Assembly (NCBI GenBank): GCA_958296135.2
Contig: CATQHZ020000001.1
Location: 4,416,001 to 4,480,000, forward strand
Source: an uncultured Poribacteria bacterium
GTDB taxonomy: Bacteria; Poribacteria; WGA-4E; WGA-3G
Reading direction: 5' to 3'
Length of the DNA stretch: 64,000 nt
The translations under genes were made by a program, and so were the position numbers. Positions 1 to 9,068 of this stretch are shown in pieces. Positions within the stretch are counted from its first letter, which is position 1, and the number at the start of each line of letters is the position of its first letter. The notes below the pieces were generated by a model. That model had not been told where the DNA came from. It ran no database searches and worked only from the letters and a program-made list of their open reading frames with translations.

Positions 1-220
1 GATCGGCACCTCCAACGGGCTCGCGACAATCAGCGCGCAGACATTGAACAAGCAAGAGGCTCAATAGATTTTTGGTTATTCCTAGCGAGCGTCAGACGCG
101 AGTTCGATCGCGAGGGACAGGTTTTCCCTCGCGCTACGGGGACTCGGGAGGTTGCCTGGACGATTGGAATCCGCTCAAGCTACCAGACCCCCGTGCTACG
201 GTGAAAAGATAAACGCTACT

Positions 221-1057
221 ATGTCCCAGCAACCGACACGCATCAAACAACTGACGCGCTGGCACCACGCGCGACCGCAGCACGTCGAAGACGAGCTCGT
301 TGTTGAAGAACCACTGGAAATTCGGGTGAACCAAGAGAGTCTCATCGTCGTCATGCGCACTCCCGGGCACGATTTTGAATTGGCGGCGGGGTTTCTCTAT
401 ACAGAAGGGCTCATCAAATCCAGCGACGACATCCACATCATCGCCTATTGCGAAGATAGCGAGGATAACATCGTCAACGTGCATCTCGGAACGGAACTGC
501 AGGCGGGATGGCAGCGGAACTTCCATGCAAATGCAAGCTGCGGGCTCTGCGGCAAAATGACAATTGAATCCGTCAAACTTCAGGCACCGGCAATAACTGT
601 CGGGACAGATTTCTATATCTGTCCGCACTCGCTCTACCAACTCAATGCACGGTTGCGAGAAGCGCAATCGGTTTTTGAGCGGACAGGCGGCCTCCACGCC
701 GCCGGGCTGTTCAATGAAAACGGCGAGCTCTTAATTATCAGAGAAGATATCGGCAGGCATAACGCCGTGGACAAGGTCATCGGGCAAGCGTTGTTGGCAG
801 ACATGCTACCTTTAGAGCGGCACATTTTGATGGTAAGCGGGCGCGCCAGTTTTGAGATTGTGCAGAAGGCACTCTTCGCGCGGCTCCCTATCATCGTCGC
901 TGTCTCCGCCGCATCCACCCTCGCTGTGGCACTCGCGCAAGAGGGAAATCTGACGCTGATCGGTTTCATGCGCGGGGAGAATATGGCAGTCTACAGTTGT
1001 CCGGAGCGTATCCGCGCTGCAGGCAGCTGCGCGCGCGAGAAAATTCATCAATCCTGA
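221..1057 (+). CDS. fdhD: Formate dehydrogenase accessory sulfurtransferase FdhD
   Basis: VEEPLEIRVN, MRTPG, ASCGLCG, TGGLHAA, REDIGRHNAVDK and SGRASFEIVQKA motifs. ATG 221 preferred over the ORF start at 152. Confidence 0.95.
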   Translation: MSQQPTRIKQLTRWHHARPQHVEDELVVEEPLEIRVNQESLIVVMRTPGHDFELAAGFLYTEGLIKSSDDIHIIAYCEDSEDNIVNVHLGTELQAGWQRNFHANASCGLCGKMTIESVKLQAPAITVGTDFYICPHSLYQLNARLREAQSVFERTGGLHAAGLFNENGELLIIREDIGRHNAVDKVIGQALLADMLPLERHILMVSGRASFEIVQKALFARLPIIVAVSAASTLAVALAQEGNLTLIGFMRGENMAVYSCPERIRAAGSCAREKIHQS

Positions 1058-1280
1058 CGCTCTTTTTCCTACGACGTGTCTCTAGACGAGACGCGCCGTG
1101 AACGGCAAGGTAAACACCGTAGGACGCGGAACAAACCCCATAGGCGCACGGCTCCAAGCGCGATTTCAAACCGCGCTTATCGGGTTCCCGATGCTAATGT
1201 GTTTCAGTCCTGACTATCCTTTCTCTGCGACGTGTCTCTATAGACATAAACAATCCTTATAACAAAGGAGTGAATCTCTC

Positions 1281-1571
1281 ATGAACTTCATTTTGAGTGG
1301 CATCCAATGGACAGGCAATTTCCTCTTTCTGGCAGTTGTCCTCGGTACCCTCATTGTTTCGTGGGTATACGCACATCGGCTGCGCGAACGCCACGGTGCG
1401 GATTTTCCGTGGAACAAAGCCGGCAGCATCATCGGCATTGAAGTCTTACTTTGGATTGCGTTTAACGTTTTCCTGGAATTCTTCAAAGCCTATTGGCTGC
1501 CAATTACCGTCATCGCGATTATTGTCATCGCTGTCGTTCTCTCGCGAAAGAAGAAGCGGCGTTACGTCTGA
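1281..1571 (+). CDS. Small membrane protein (about 3 TM), hypothetical
   Basis: AAAGGAG RBS; hydrophobic segments and a basic C-terminal tail (RKKKRR). Confidence 0.75.
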   Translation: MNFILSGIQWTGNFLFLAVVLGTLIVSWVYAHRLRERHGADFPWNKAGSIIGIEVLLWIAFNVFLEFFKAYWLPITVIAIIVIAVVLSRKKKRRYV

Positions 1572-1764
1572 CGCAAGTCAACCGGGGGCACCACCGTAGC
1601 GCAGGTATGTTCTACAGGGCCCCCACACTTATCAAAGGATAGGACTTACGCAGCACAATCCCATAGGCGCGCGTTCCAAGCGCGCAACCTCACGCGGGCG
1701 TGGGCGAAAACCGCGCCTACCTACGAAGAATCATGGGATTCAAGTAAGTCCTGAGGAGATAAAA

Positions 1765-2817
1765 ATGCCACGCACAGGCAGAGCCGTAGTCGCATACGGC
1801 CAAGATTTTGAAATCCGCGAATACCCGGTGCCGGACCCCGCGCCAAACACCGTGCTACTCCGCCAAGAGTTAGCCGGTATCTGCGGCACCGACTTGCATA
1901 ACTGGCAGAACGGTTTCCAACGGGAGATCCTCCTAGGACATGAAAATGTCGGCATCGTTGAAGCAATCGGCGACGGCGTGGAAACCGACTATGTCGGCAC
2001 GCCGATTCAAGAGGGAGACCGGATTATCTTCGCGCCCGGCACCAACTACGGCGGTTACGGGTTCCAATGGAATCCGGACGAGGCACCCCATTTTCGGGGC
2101 GGCTTCGCCGATTACATGTATCTCACCTACCCAAACACCTGTTTTATGAAGACAGATGCGTCGCCGGAGGTTGCCGTGCTCACCGAACCTTTCACCGTCG
2201 GCGTGCATGCTGTCATGCGAGGAGAGATAAAACTCGGCGATACCGTCGTCGTGCAAGGCTCCGGTGCCATCGGGTTGGTAACGCTGGCCTGCGCGAAACT
2301 GAGCGGTGCAGCAAAGGCGATTATGGTAGGCGGTCCTGCCGGACGCTTGGAACTTGCCAAACGCCTCGGCGCGGATGTCACCATTGATATCGAAGAGGTT
2401 ACCACTGTCGAAGAACGCACCGAGTTGGTGAAGGCGGAAACACCGCGCAACGCGGGGGCAGATGTCGTCTTCGAGTGTGCTGGCTTCCTCCCCGCTACGC
2501 CCGAAGGACTCGGATATACGCGTGCCAGCGGCACCTTCGTCGAGGTTGGACACTTCGTCGATATGGGTTCGATCGACTTCAACATTAACCAGTTGCTCAT
2601 GCGCAAGAACCTGCGGGTGGAGGCTATCTGGGGAAGTCGTTATGAACATTTCGTGCGTGGGCTGCCGCTCCTTGAAAAGAGCGAGCTCCCCTTCGCCGAC
2701 ATGATCAGCCATCAACTCCCGCTTTCACAAGTGGAAGACGGCTTTAAGGCACTCAATGGCGACTATCGCATTAAGGGCGAAACCGCCATCAAAATTGCTG
2801 TCCGCGCCGAGGAATAA
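1765..2817 (+). CDS. Zinc-binding (MDR family) alcohol dehydrogenase
   Basis: GICGTDLH, LLGHE, GSGAIG Rossmann motif; GAGGAG RBS. Confidence 0.9.
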   Translation: MPRTGRAVVAYGQDFEIREYPVPDPAPNTVLLRQELAGICGTDLHNWQNGFQREILLGHENVGIVEAIGDGVETDYVGTPIQEGDRIIFAPGTNYGGYGFQWNPDEAPHFRGGFADYMYLTYPNTCFMKTDASPEVAVLTEPFTVGVHAVMRGEIKLGDTVVVQGSGAIGLVTLACAKLSGAAKAIMVGGPAGRLELAKRLGADVTIDIEEVTTVEERTELVKAETPRNAGADVVFECAGFLPATPEGLGYTRASGTFVEVGHFVDMGSIDFNINQLLMRKNLRVEAIWGSRYEHFVRGLPLLEKSELPFADMISHQLPLSQVEDGFKALNGDYRIKGETAIKIAVRAEE

Positions 2818-2974
2818 TACCAAACCTCTGTAGAGACACCAGATCTCCCGATCTTGACTCCCGTTCAAGGTCGGGAGATTCTGAACTCCACAAGTTAATT
2901 TGGTATAAACTACGAGCATAGATTGCTCGTGCAGAGAAACGGAGTGAATTGATAATCAATCCACTCCCAGAGAG

Positions 2975-3298
2975 TTATGACCTAGCGAGTTTATACAGCC
3001 CGTGGGCAACTCTGACAACTAAGCCGGCAGGCATTAGATGTTCACCTAAATCCACGCCGATAGCAGAAGAAAGATTGTCGACACAATTACCTTCTGCTTC
3101 CCATGCCGGTTTAATCGCGCTGTCTATATCTCTTTTTCGGGTTATGCCGCGTTCCAGGATCCTTAAGACCCGGTCTTTGCGGACGATCCGGTTGCCAGCA
3201 GCGTATTCGTCGCTCTGCCAAGTAATATAAGACTGTCGTTCGCTATCAGACATCACCCGATAACGGATGCCATCTTGATACGCATATTCGTGATTCAT
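2975..3298 (-). CDS. Hypothetical protein (107 aa)
   Basis: TAAGGAG RBS and its own sigma70-like promoter upstream; no family recognised. Confidence 0.6.
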   Translation of the reverse strand: MNHEYAYQDGIRYRVMSDSERQSYITWQSDEYAAGNRIVRKDRVLRILERGITRKRDIDSAIKPAWEAEGNCVDNLSSAIGVDLGEHLMPAGLVVRVAHGLYKLARS

Positions 3299-3368
3299 TA
3301 GTAAATCTCCTTATTGGGCATCCATGCCCCGAGGAGTTGAATTGGGAGGTGGAACACCCACCTCCGTT

Positions 3369-3397
3369 AGTATATCAATTAATAAATTTCAAGTCAA
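3369..3397 (-). promoter_or_regulatory. sigma70-type promoter TTGACT-17-TATACT
   Basis: Near-consensus hexamers, 17-bp spacer, upstream of 2975..3298. Confidence 0.6.
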
Positions 3398-3415
3398 GAA
3401 AAGAGAGGAATAATT

Positions 3416-4435
3416 ATGTCAAAAACCTATCGCATCGGCTTCGCTTCACTCGTGCACGACCACGTCTGGGGCGAACTCCATCACTGGAAGGCGCATCCCA
3501 ACGTCGAAATTGTCGCCGCCGGCGACATCAATGTTGAACTCCGAGACCAGTTTCGCACCGAGGCCGGCGTTGATAACGTCTACACCTCTTGGCAAGAAAT
3601 GCTGGAGAAAGAGGAGTTAGACATCGTCCAAGCGGCAGCAGAGAATAACGCCGGTGCAGACATCGTTGAAGCCGCGGCGGCGAAAGGCATCCACGTCGTC
3701 TCAGAGAAACCGATGGCCGCCCGCTTATCGCAGGCAGAACGGATGCTCGCCGCAGCCGAAAGTGCAGGCACCTTACTCATGGTGAACTGGCCGACAGCAT
3801 GGAGCCCCGCACTGAACACCGCAACGAACCTCATCCAAGAGGGCGCAATCGGCGACGTTTTCTACTTCAAGTGGCGTTCCGCGCACAACGGCCCCAAGGA
3901 AATCGGATGCTCGCGCTACTTCTACGAATGGCTATACGATGAAGAGAAAAACGGTGCAGGCGCATTGATGGATTACTGCTGTTATTGCGCCGATATGTGC
4001 GCCTATCTCCTCGGCCTACCGCAGCAGGTAACCGCTTTCCGCGGCACGTTCGTCAAAGACTATCCGATTCCGGACGACAACGCCGTCATCCTCATGAAAT
4101 ACGGCAACGCCTTCGGGATTACCGAGGCATCATGGACACAGAAGGTAGGCTATGTCACGCCGAACCCGGTGGTTTACGGCACCGAGGGCGCGCTGATGGT
4201 AAGCGGCAACGAGGTGCACCTGCACCCCGCCGGCGGCGATGTCCAAGTGCTCACGCCGGCGGCGATGCCGGAAGGTTCACGCAACGCAGCGGAATACTTC
4301 ATTCGATGCCTTGAAACCGGCGCGCCGATCGAAGGACTGTGCAGTGCCAAAGTCAGCCGTGACGCGCAGGAAATCTTAGAGGCAGGGCTCGTTTCAGCAG
4401 ATAGCGGACAGGTAGTCAACTTGCCGATGACATAA
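3416..4435 (+). CDS. Gfo/Idh/MocA family oxidoreductase
   Basis: GIHVVSEKPMA, GAGALMDYCCY. Confidence 0.9.
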   Translation: MSKTYRIGFASLVHDHVWGELHHWKAHPNVEIVAAGDINVELRDQFRTEAGVDNVYTSWQEMLEKEELDIVQAAAENNAGADIVEAAAAKGIHVVSEKPMAARLSQAERMLAAAESAGTLLMVNWPTAWSPALNTATNLIQEGAIGDVFYFKWRSAHNGPKEIGCSRYFYEWLYDEEKNGAGALMDYCCYCADMCAYLLGLPQQVTAFRGTFVKDYPIPDDNAVILMKYGNAFGITEASWTQKVGYVTPNPVVYGTEGALMVSGNEVHLHPAGGDVQVLTPAAMPEGSRNAAEYFIRCLETGAPIEGLCSAKVSRDAQEILEAGLVSADSGQVVNLPMT

Positions 4436-4615
4436 CGGGTATTTCCCCACAAGGCGATTATGAAGTTGCAGTAGGAGAGCCCTCCCGCGTCTCAATGTCC
4501 GCTGAAATGAGTTTTCAATCTTCATCAGTCTTGTGAGACGAGCCCTTCTTCAGGGCCTAATGAACCTAAAGCCGCTTGATTTTTCATCATACATTTCAAA
4601 CACAAGGAGAACCTT

Positions 4616-5374
4616 ATGAGCGATAGAATTCCCATCGCCTTACAGTTGTATTCCATCCGAGAAGATTGCGCCCGCGACCTGTCTTACTGCCTGCAGGCAG
4701 TTGCCCAGATGGGCTATGAGGGCGTTGAATTCGCCGGCTACTACGACAGAACCGCGGCAGAACTGCGCGGCATGTGCGATGACTTAGGACTCAAAGTCGT
4801 CGGCACGCACACGCAACTCAGCACGCTCCTCGGCGACGAACTCCAAAAAACGGTGGAGTTCAACCAGACCCTCGGTAACCCGTATCTCATCGTGCCGGGG
4901 CTGCCTGAGCCGTATCGTAACTCGCGGCAGGCATGGCTTGACACGGCGAAACTCTTCAACGAAATCGCCGAAAAAATCGCCGACCAGGGTATGTTCACCG
5001 GCTACCACAACCACGCCGTTGAATTCGCACCGATGGATGGCGAATTGCCGTGGGATACCTTCTTCGGCAATACCCGCGACGATGTCGTCATGCAGCTTGA
5101 CACCGGCAACGCGCTCCACGGCGGAGCCGAGACCGAGCCGTTCCTCAAACGCTACCCCGGCCGCGCCAAACTGGTGCATCTCAAAGAGTATTCGTCCACG
5201 AACGACAAAGTGCTCATCGGTGAAGGCGATGTGCCGTGGGACGCAGTCTTCCACGCCTGCGAAACGATCGGCGGCACCGAATGGTATATCGTTGAGCAGG
5301 AAAGTTACGCCTACCCACCGATCGAATGCGTGGAACGATGCATCGAAAATCTACGAAAAATGGGGAAAATCTAG
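4616..5374 (+). CDS. Sugar phosphate isomerase/epimerase (TIM barrel)
   Basis: LQLYSIR, GYEGVEFAG, GYHNH, QLDTGN, VHLKE, YIVEQE. Confidence 0.9.
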   Translation: MSDRIPIALQLYSIREDCARDLSYCLQAVAQMGYEGVEFAGYYDRTAAELRGMCDDLGLKVVGTHTQLSTLLGDELQKTVEFNQTLGNPYLIVPGLPEPYRNSRQAWLDTAKLFNEIAEKIADQGMFTGYHNHAVEFAPMDGELPWDTFFGNTRDDVVMQLDTGNALHGGAETEPFLKRYPGRAKLVHLKEYSSTNDKVLIGEGDVPWDAVFHACETIGGTEWYIVEQESYAYPPIECVERCIENLRKMGKI

Positions 5375-6096
5375 GGTTGCACGCAGCCGAATCCGCCCTC
5401 TTGCTCTGGTGGGAAGATTTCTACCACCCCGTTTTTGAGTATGTCCTACCCAAAATCGGAACGTTGGAGGGCAAAAAGGTGCTGGAACTCGGCACCGGGA
5501 CAGGCGGCACAGCAACATTGCTTGCCAAACGCGGCGCAACCGTTGTCGGCATCGATTTACTGCCTTTTCGCCTCGCCGAAGCGAAGGAACGGGCAGCGCA
5601 ACACAACGTCGCCGATGCAGTTGAGTTCGCGCTCATGGATGCAACACAGCTCGCCTTTCCAGACAACACCTTCGATGTTGTCATCTCCAAATCGGTGCTG
5701 GTGTTTACCGAACACGCGCAGACCGCGGCGGAATGCTACCGCGTCCTCAAACCGAACGGAAAGGCGATTTTCATTGAGAATATGCGCAACCACCCGGCAG
5801 TATGGCTCTATCGGAAGTTGTGCCTGAAATATGCCAGCAAGTTGCGCTACTTCTCACTGCGCGACATTGAGACAGTCGGTGCTGAATTCGAGGAGATGGA
5901 GCATCGTGAGTTTCATCTGCTTGCCTTGGGCGCGCTCTTATGGCAACGCGGCATCGCTATCCCCGCGTTTTACCGGTGGACACTCCGATGTCTTAAAGGC
6001 ATTGATGCGTTTCTCTTGCGGCTCTTCCCTTTCCTCAAGCGATTCTGTTGGATCACCGCGATGATTTGCGAGAAGAGAGCCGGTCGTCTTCCGTAG
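5326..6096 (+). CDS. Class I SAM-dependent methyltransferase (start uncertain, possibly TTG 5377)
   Basis: VLELGTGTG, VVGID, FPDNTFD, YRVLKPNG. Confidence 0.85.
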   Translation: MRGTMHRKSTKNGENLGLHAAESALLLWWEDFYHPVFEYVLPKIGTLEGKKVLELGTGTGGTATLLAKRGATVVGIDLLPFRLAEAKERAAQHNVADAVEFALMDATQLAFPDNTFDVVISKSVLVFTEHAQTAAECYRVLKPNGKAIFIENMRNHPAVWLYRKLCLKYASKLRYFSLRDIETVGAEFEEMEHREFHLLALGALLWQRGIAIPAFYRWTLRCLKGIDAFLLRLFPFLKRFCWITAMICEKRAGRLP

Positions 6097-6389
6097 CGCG
6101 AGGGACAGGCCCTCGCGCCCTAGCCCCAACACGAACATTTCTCAACATCCCATTTGGGATAAAAGAAAAACGGCTCAGCATCCATGCGATGCTGAGCCGT
6201 CTCATTTTGGCAGTCTCTGTAGAGATTGGAAGGACTTGAGCCAACTTGCGTCAAGGGTCTCTGATAGGCGGATATATCTTGCCACAGCAGCCCCCAAAAT
6301 GTAGTCATTGACAACGTCAATGACGGATGACAGAGAGAGCGGGCATTGCACCAGAAACACTCGCCGAACGCCTTGCGCCACTACAAAAA

Positions 6390-7298
6390 CTACCGCTTCT
6401 TGAGGTTACCCCACGTGGTAGCGAGTTTGCCCTGTGCTTCGACAGCAACAACCGCGCCACCCGCCAGGTCACGCACTTCATCTTCGCTTAAGGCACGGTC
6501 CCAGAAGTAAACCTCATCGATCATGCCATCAATCCAGATGTCGTTGCCTTCATCGCCGCCGCGGGCCCTGCCGACTCCGAGTTCAATCGGTTCGTTGGGG
6601 AACGCAAAAAGGGGCGGCGTAATTGCTCTCGGATGCTCTTGCCCACTTTCGGGGATGATAGTGTCCCCCCCGGTAGCCGAGGAAGTCACGTAGGCTTTCG
6701 CCTCGGTGCCATCGACGACATAGGCGACGTGCGCCCATTCTTCCGCCGCGTAAACCCCATCGGTGCGGAACCACCCTTCGGTGCCTTCCCAGCAGCTCCC
6801 CCAGGTTAGGTCGGTATCGCTGACGGTGCAGATGCGCACCATGAAATTCGCGCCCCATCCGACTTTTTCGCCCTTGAAAAGCACGCCGCCGTGGTCCCGG
6901 CCGCCGCCCTCGCGGATGTAAAGCCACAATGAGATGGAGAAAACCCCATCCTCTTTTTCAAGACTCGCGTCGGACGGAATTTCAACATATTGCCCGGTGT
7001 TCTCGCCAGTGGCGGGATTCTCCGGGTTTTCAAGGTTGAGTGCCATCCCGGACTGCCCAACTGCGACGCTGGCACCGTTCATTAACTCACCATCGTTACC
7101 GCCGATTGAATCGTTAGCGGTGCCGTCGTCAAAGTTCCATACAGAGACGAGGCCGTCTTCCAAAGCGGCGTAACTATTGACACTGAAAACCATGAGCGTT
7201 AAAAACGCAAACAGACATAATTGCTTCATAATAGAAAACTGTTCCCCGAAACGCTGACATTCGCAGGGAAGTGTCAGGTTTCTAAGTTCCTGCTTCAT
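6390..7298 (-). CDS. Secreted LamG-like jellyroll protein with conserved C-terminal GKLATTWG tail
   Basis: Signal peptide from Met 7229; WNFDDG, GMIDEVYFWDRALS; ends AVEAQGKLATTWGNLKKR. The GGAGG RBS precedes 7301/7298. Confidence 0.85.
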   Translation of the reverse strand: MKQELRNLTLPCECQRFGEQFSIMKQLCLFAFLTLMVFSVNSYAALEDGLVSVWNFDDGTANDSIGGNDGELMNGASVAVGQSGMALNLENPENPATGENTGQYVEIPSDASLEKEDGVFSISLWLYIREGGGRDHGGVLFKGEKVGWGANFMVRICTVSDTDLTWGSCWEGTEGWFRTDGVYAAEEWAHVAYVVDGTEAKAYVTSSATGGDTIIPESGQEHPRAITPPLFAFPNEPIELGVGRARGGDEGNDIWIDGMIDEVYFWDRALSEDEVRDLAGGAVVAVEAQGKLATTWGNLKKR

Positions 7299-7531
7299 CA
7301 CGATGTGCCTCCAAGTGAGGGCTTACCTTCGCTCCACAGGCGTTTAAGGTATTAACTCTCGGATACGAGAGGCGTGTATAACGGACGCGGAACGCTCCCG
7401 GAGGCGTGCTTTCAAAGCGCGCACCGTGTCACCAGCGCGGGTGAAAATCGCGCCTACCGTGGCTGCGTCCGTCCTATCATTTTAACGTAGCGGGTTCGTG
7501 ATGCAATTTCACAAGCCCGTGTTGAATAAAT

Positions 7532-7558
7532 AGGAGGCGACGCTGCTCGCCGCCTCCT
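7532..7558 (-). terminator. Hairpin directly after the LamG gene, possible terminator
   Basis: AGGAGGCG...CGCCTCCT stem followed by a weak U-rich stretch on the minus strand. Confidence 0.4.
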
Positions 7559-7563
7559 TGCAT

Positions 7564-8388
7564 TTAGCGGCGGTGGTAGGATTTCACCTTCCCCCATGTT
7601 GTCGCTAATTTCCCTTCGGCTTTGACGGCCAGAGCCCTGTCGGGGCGTTTGCCGTTCGCCAGGTCTTGCACCTCGTCCTCAGACAACGCCCGATCCCAGA
7701 TGATTATCTCGTCAATGAGGGCATCAAGGAAGGTATCGTTCCCAGCGTCGCCGCCAATTTGCCGGCCGGCACCGATTTCCAGGGGCCGATCCTCGAAAAG
7801 GTTGTAAGGTTCAGGAGCAACTTGCGGATTCGCTTGGCCGCTAGCGGGAATGTTGATTTTGCCGCCATCTTCCTGAACATAAGCGATAGCCTCTTCACCG
7901 TCCGCTGTCTGACAGACATGATACCACTCCTCGGCATCAATTACGCCATCAGTCCGCATCCAGTTTTCGTTACCGCCATTCGTTGTGCCGAAGGTCATGT
8001 CGGTATTATTAAGCGCGAGGAGCCGGAAGGTGAAATTCGCGCCCCATCCGACTTTTTCGCCTTTCCAAACGCCAGCGTGGTCCGCGCCGTTCCGGACGTA
8101 AAGCCAATACGATACGGTGTGCGGGCCTTCAATGGCCTTTTCAAGCCCGTTGTTGAAAGGCACCTCGGCACGCGTATCCTTACTGCCATCCACGTCTAAC
8201 GCCTTGCCAAACTTGCCTTTATCGACAATCTTCGCGGCTTTAAAGAGTTCACCGTGGGCATCCCCAACGGCATCGGTGACTTTTCCATCGTCAAAAGTCC
8301 ACGCGGCGATGACTCCATCGTTCAAGTCTGCCTGCACAGAACCGAGTGCCAGCGCAACGACGAAAAGGACTGAAATAAACAATTTCAT
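7564..8388 (-). CDS. Secreted LamG-like jellyroll protein, paralog of 6390..7298
   Basis: Signal peptide; shared KGEKVGWGANF; LIDEIIIWDRALS; AVKAEGKLATTWGKVK tail; GAGGAGG RBS. Confidence 0.9.
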   Translation of the reverse strand: MKLFISVLFVVALALGSVQADLNDGVIAAWTFDDGKVTDAVGDAHGELFKAAKIVDKGKFGKALDVDGSKDTRAEVPFNNGLEKAIEGPHTVSYWLYVRNGADHAGVWKGEKVGWGANFTFRLLALNNTDMTFGTTNGGNENWMRTDGVIDAEEWYHVCQTADGEEAIAYVQEDGGKINIPASGQANPQVAPEPYNLFEDRPLEIGAGRQIGGDAGNDTFLDALIDEIIIWDRALSEDEVQDLANGKRPDRALAVKAEGKLATTWGKVKSYHRR

Positions 8389-8403
8389 TTAAAAATTCCT
8401 CCT

Positions 8404-8748
8404 CTAGTTAAGAGAGTGGACAGAGGCACAAGCCCCGGCCCAATAATTTTTTAAGGGTGGTAGGCCCCGGACGAGACCTGGGGCAACGAAAATAGCCCGC
8501 GACGAAACACTCCGCCTGAAGCAGAGCGCGTGCGGGCACGAAGACAGACCAAGGGGGAACCCCGATGGTGCCTTGAAACGGATAGTGATTAACGAATGTG
8601 AATGATGGGGGGGGGTAATTCTGCCTAGCCGATTGTCAAAACAACCGACAGCACGTAGGCGCGCGAAGAGGCCGCGCGCAACGCCAACGCGATGCGCGTG
8701 AAAACTAATCGCTTTCTCCTCGCTGAAATTGATACGTGCGTTCTGCAT
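8404..8748 (-). CDS. Putative leader peptide (uORF) with RLRAV...RITPP motif and C9 tract
   Basis: Homologous to the uORF at 62298..62459 through synonymous codons; its stop codon abuts the RBS of the LamG gene. Start could be 8757, 8754 or 8748. Confidence 0.55.
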   Translation of the reverse strand: MQNARINFSEEKAISFHAHRVGVARGLFARLRAVGCFDNRLGRITPPHHSHSLITIRFKAPSGFPLGLSSCPHALCFRRSVSSRAIFVAPGLVRGLPPLKNYWAGACASVHSLN

Positions 8749-8884
8749 GTCCATCACCCCATAGACATTAAGGACCTAACGGACCTTTATTGGAATAGGT
8801 TCTTTCGATATGTCGATAGATTTGGGAAACTACCCAGCTCCCCCATAGATAGGAATTATCGACGTAATTCCATCCGTGACATCA

Positions 8885-8913
8885 AATATACAAAAAATTT
8901 AAATTTTTGTCAA
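8885..8913 (-). promoter_or_regulatory. sigma70-type promoter TTGACA-17-TATATT driving a ~490-nt leader
   Basis: Consensus -35, 17-bp spacer, near-consensus -10. Confidence 0.65.
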
Positions 8914-9068
8914 CGTTTTTTGCAAAAATCTGATTTTTGAACAAGAGCTGTGAACGTTTGCTTTGACATCAATTCTGCAAATCCTGATTGGATTTCACTT
9001 GCCTTATATTTGCTATAATGCTAGACTAACAGCTAATAGAATTTCAGCGAAAAAAGAAGGATTTATTC

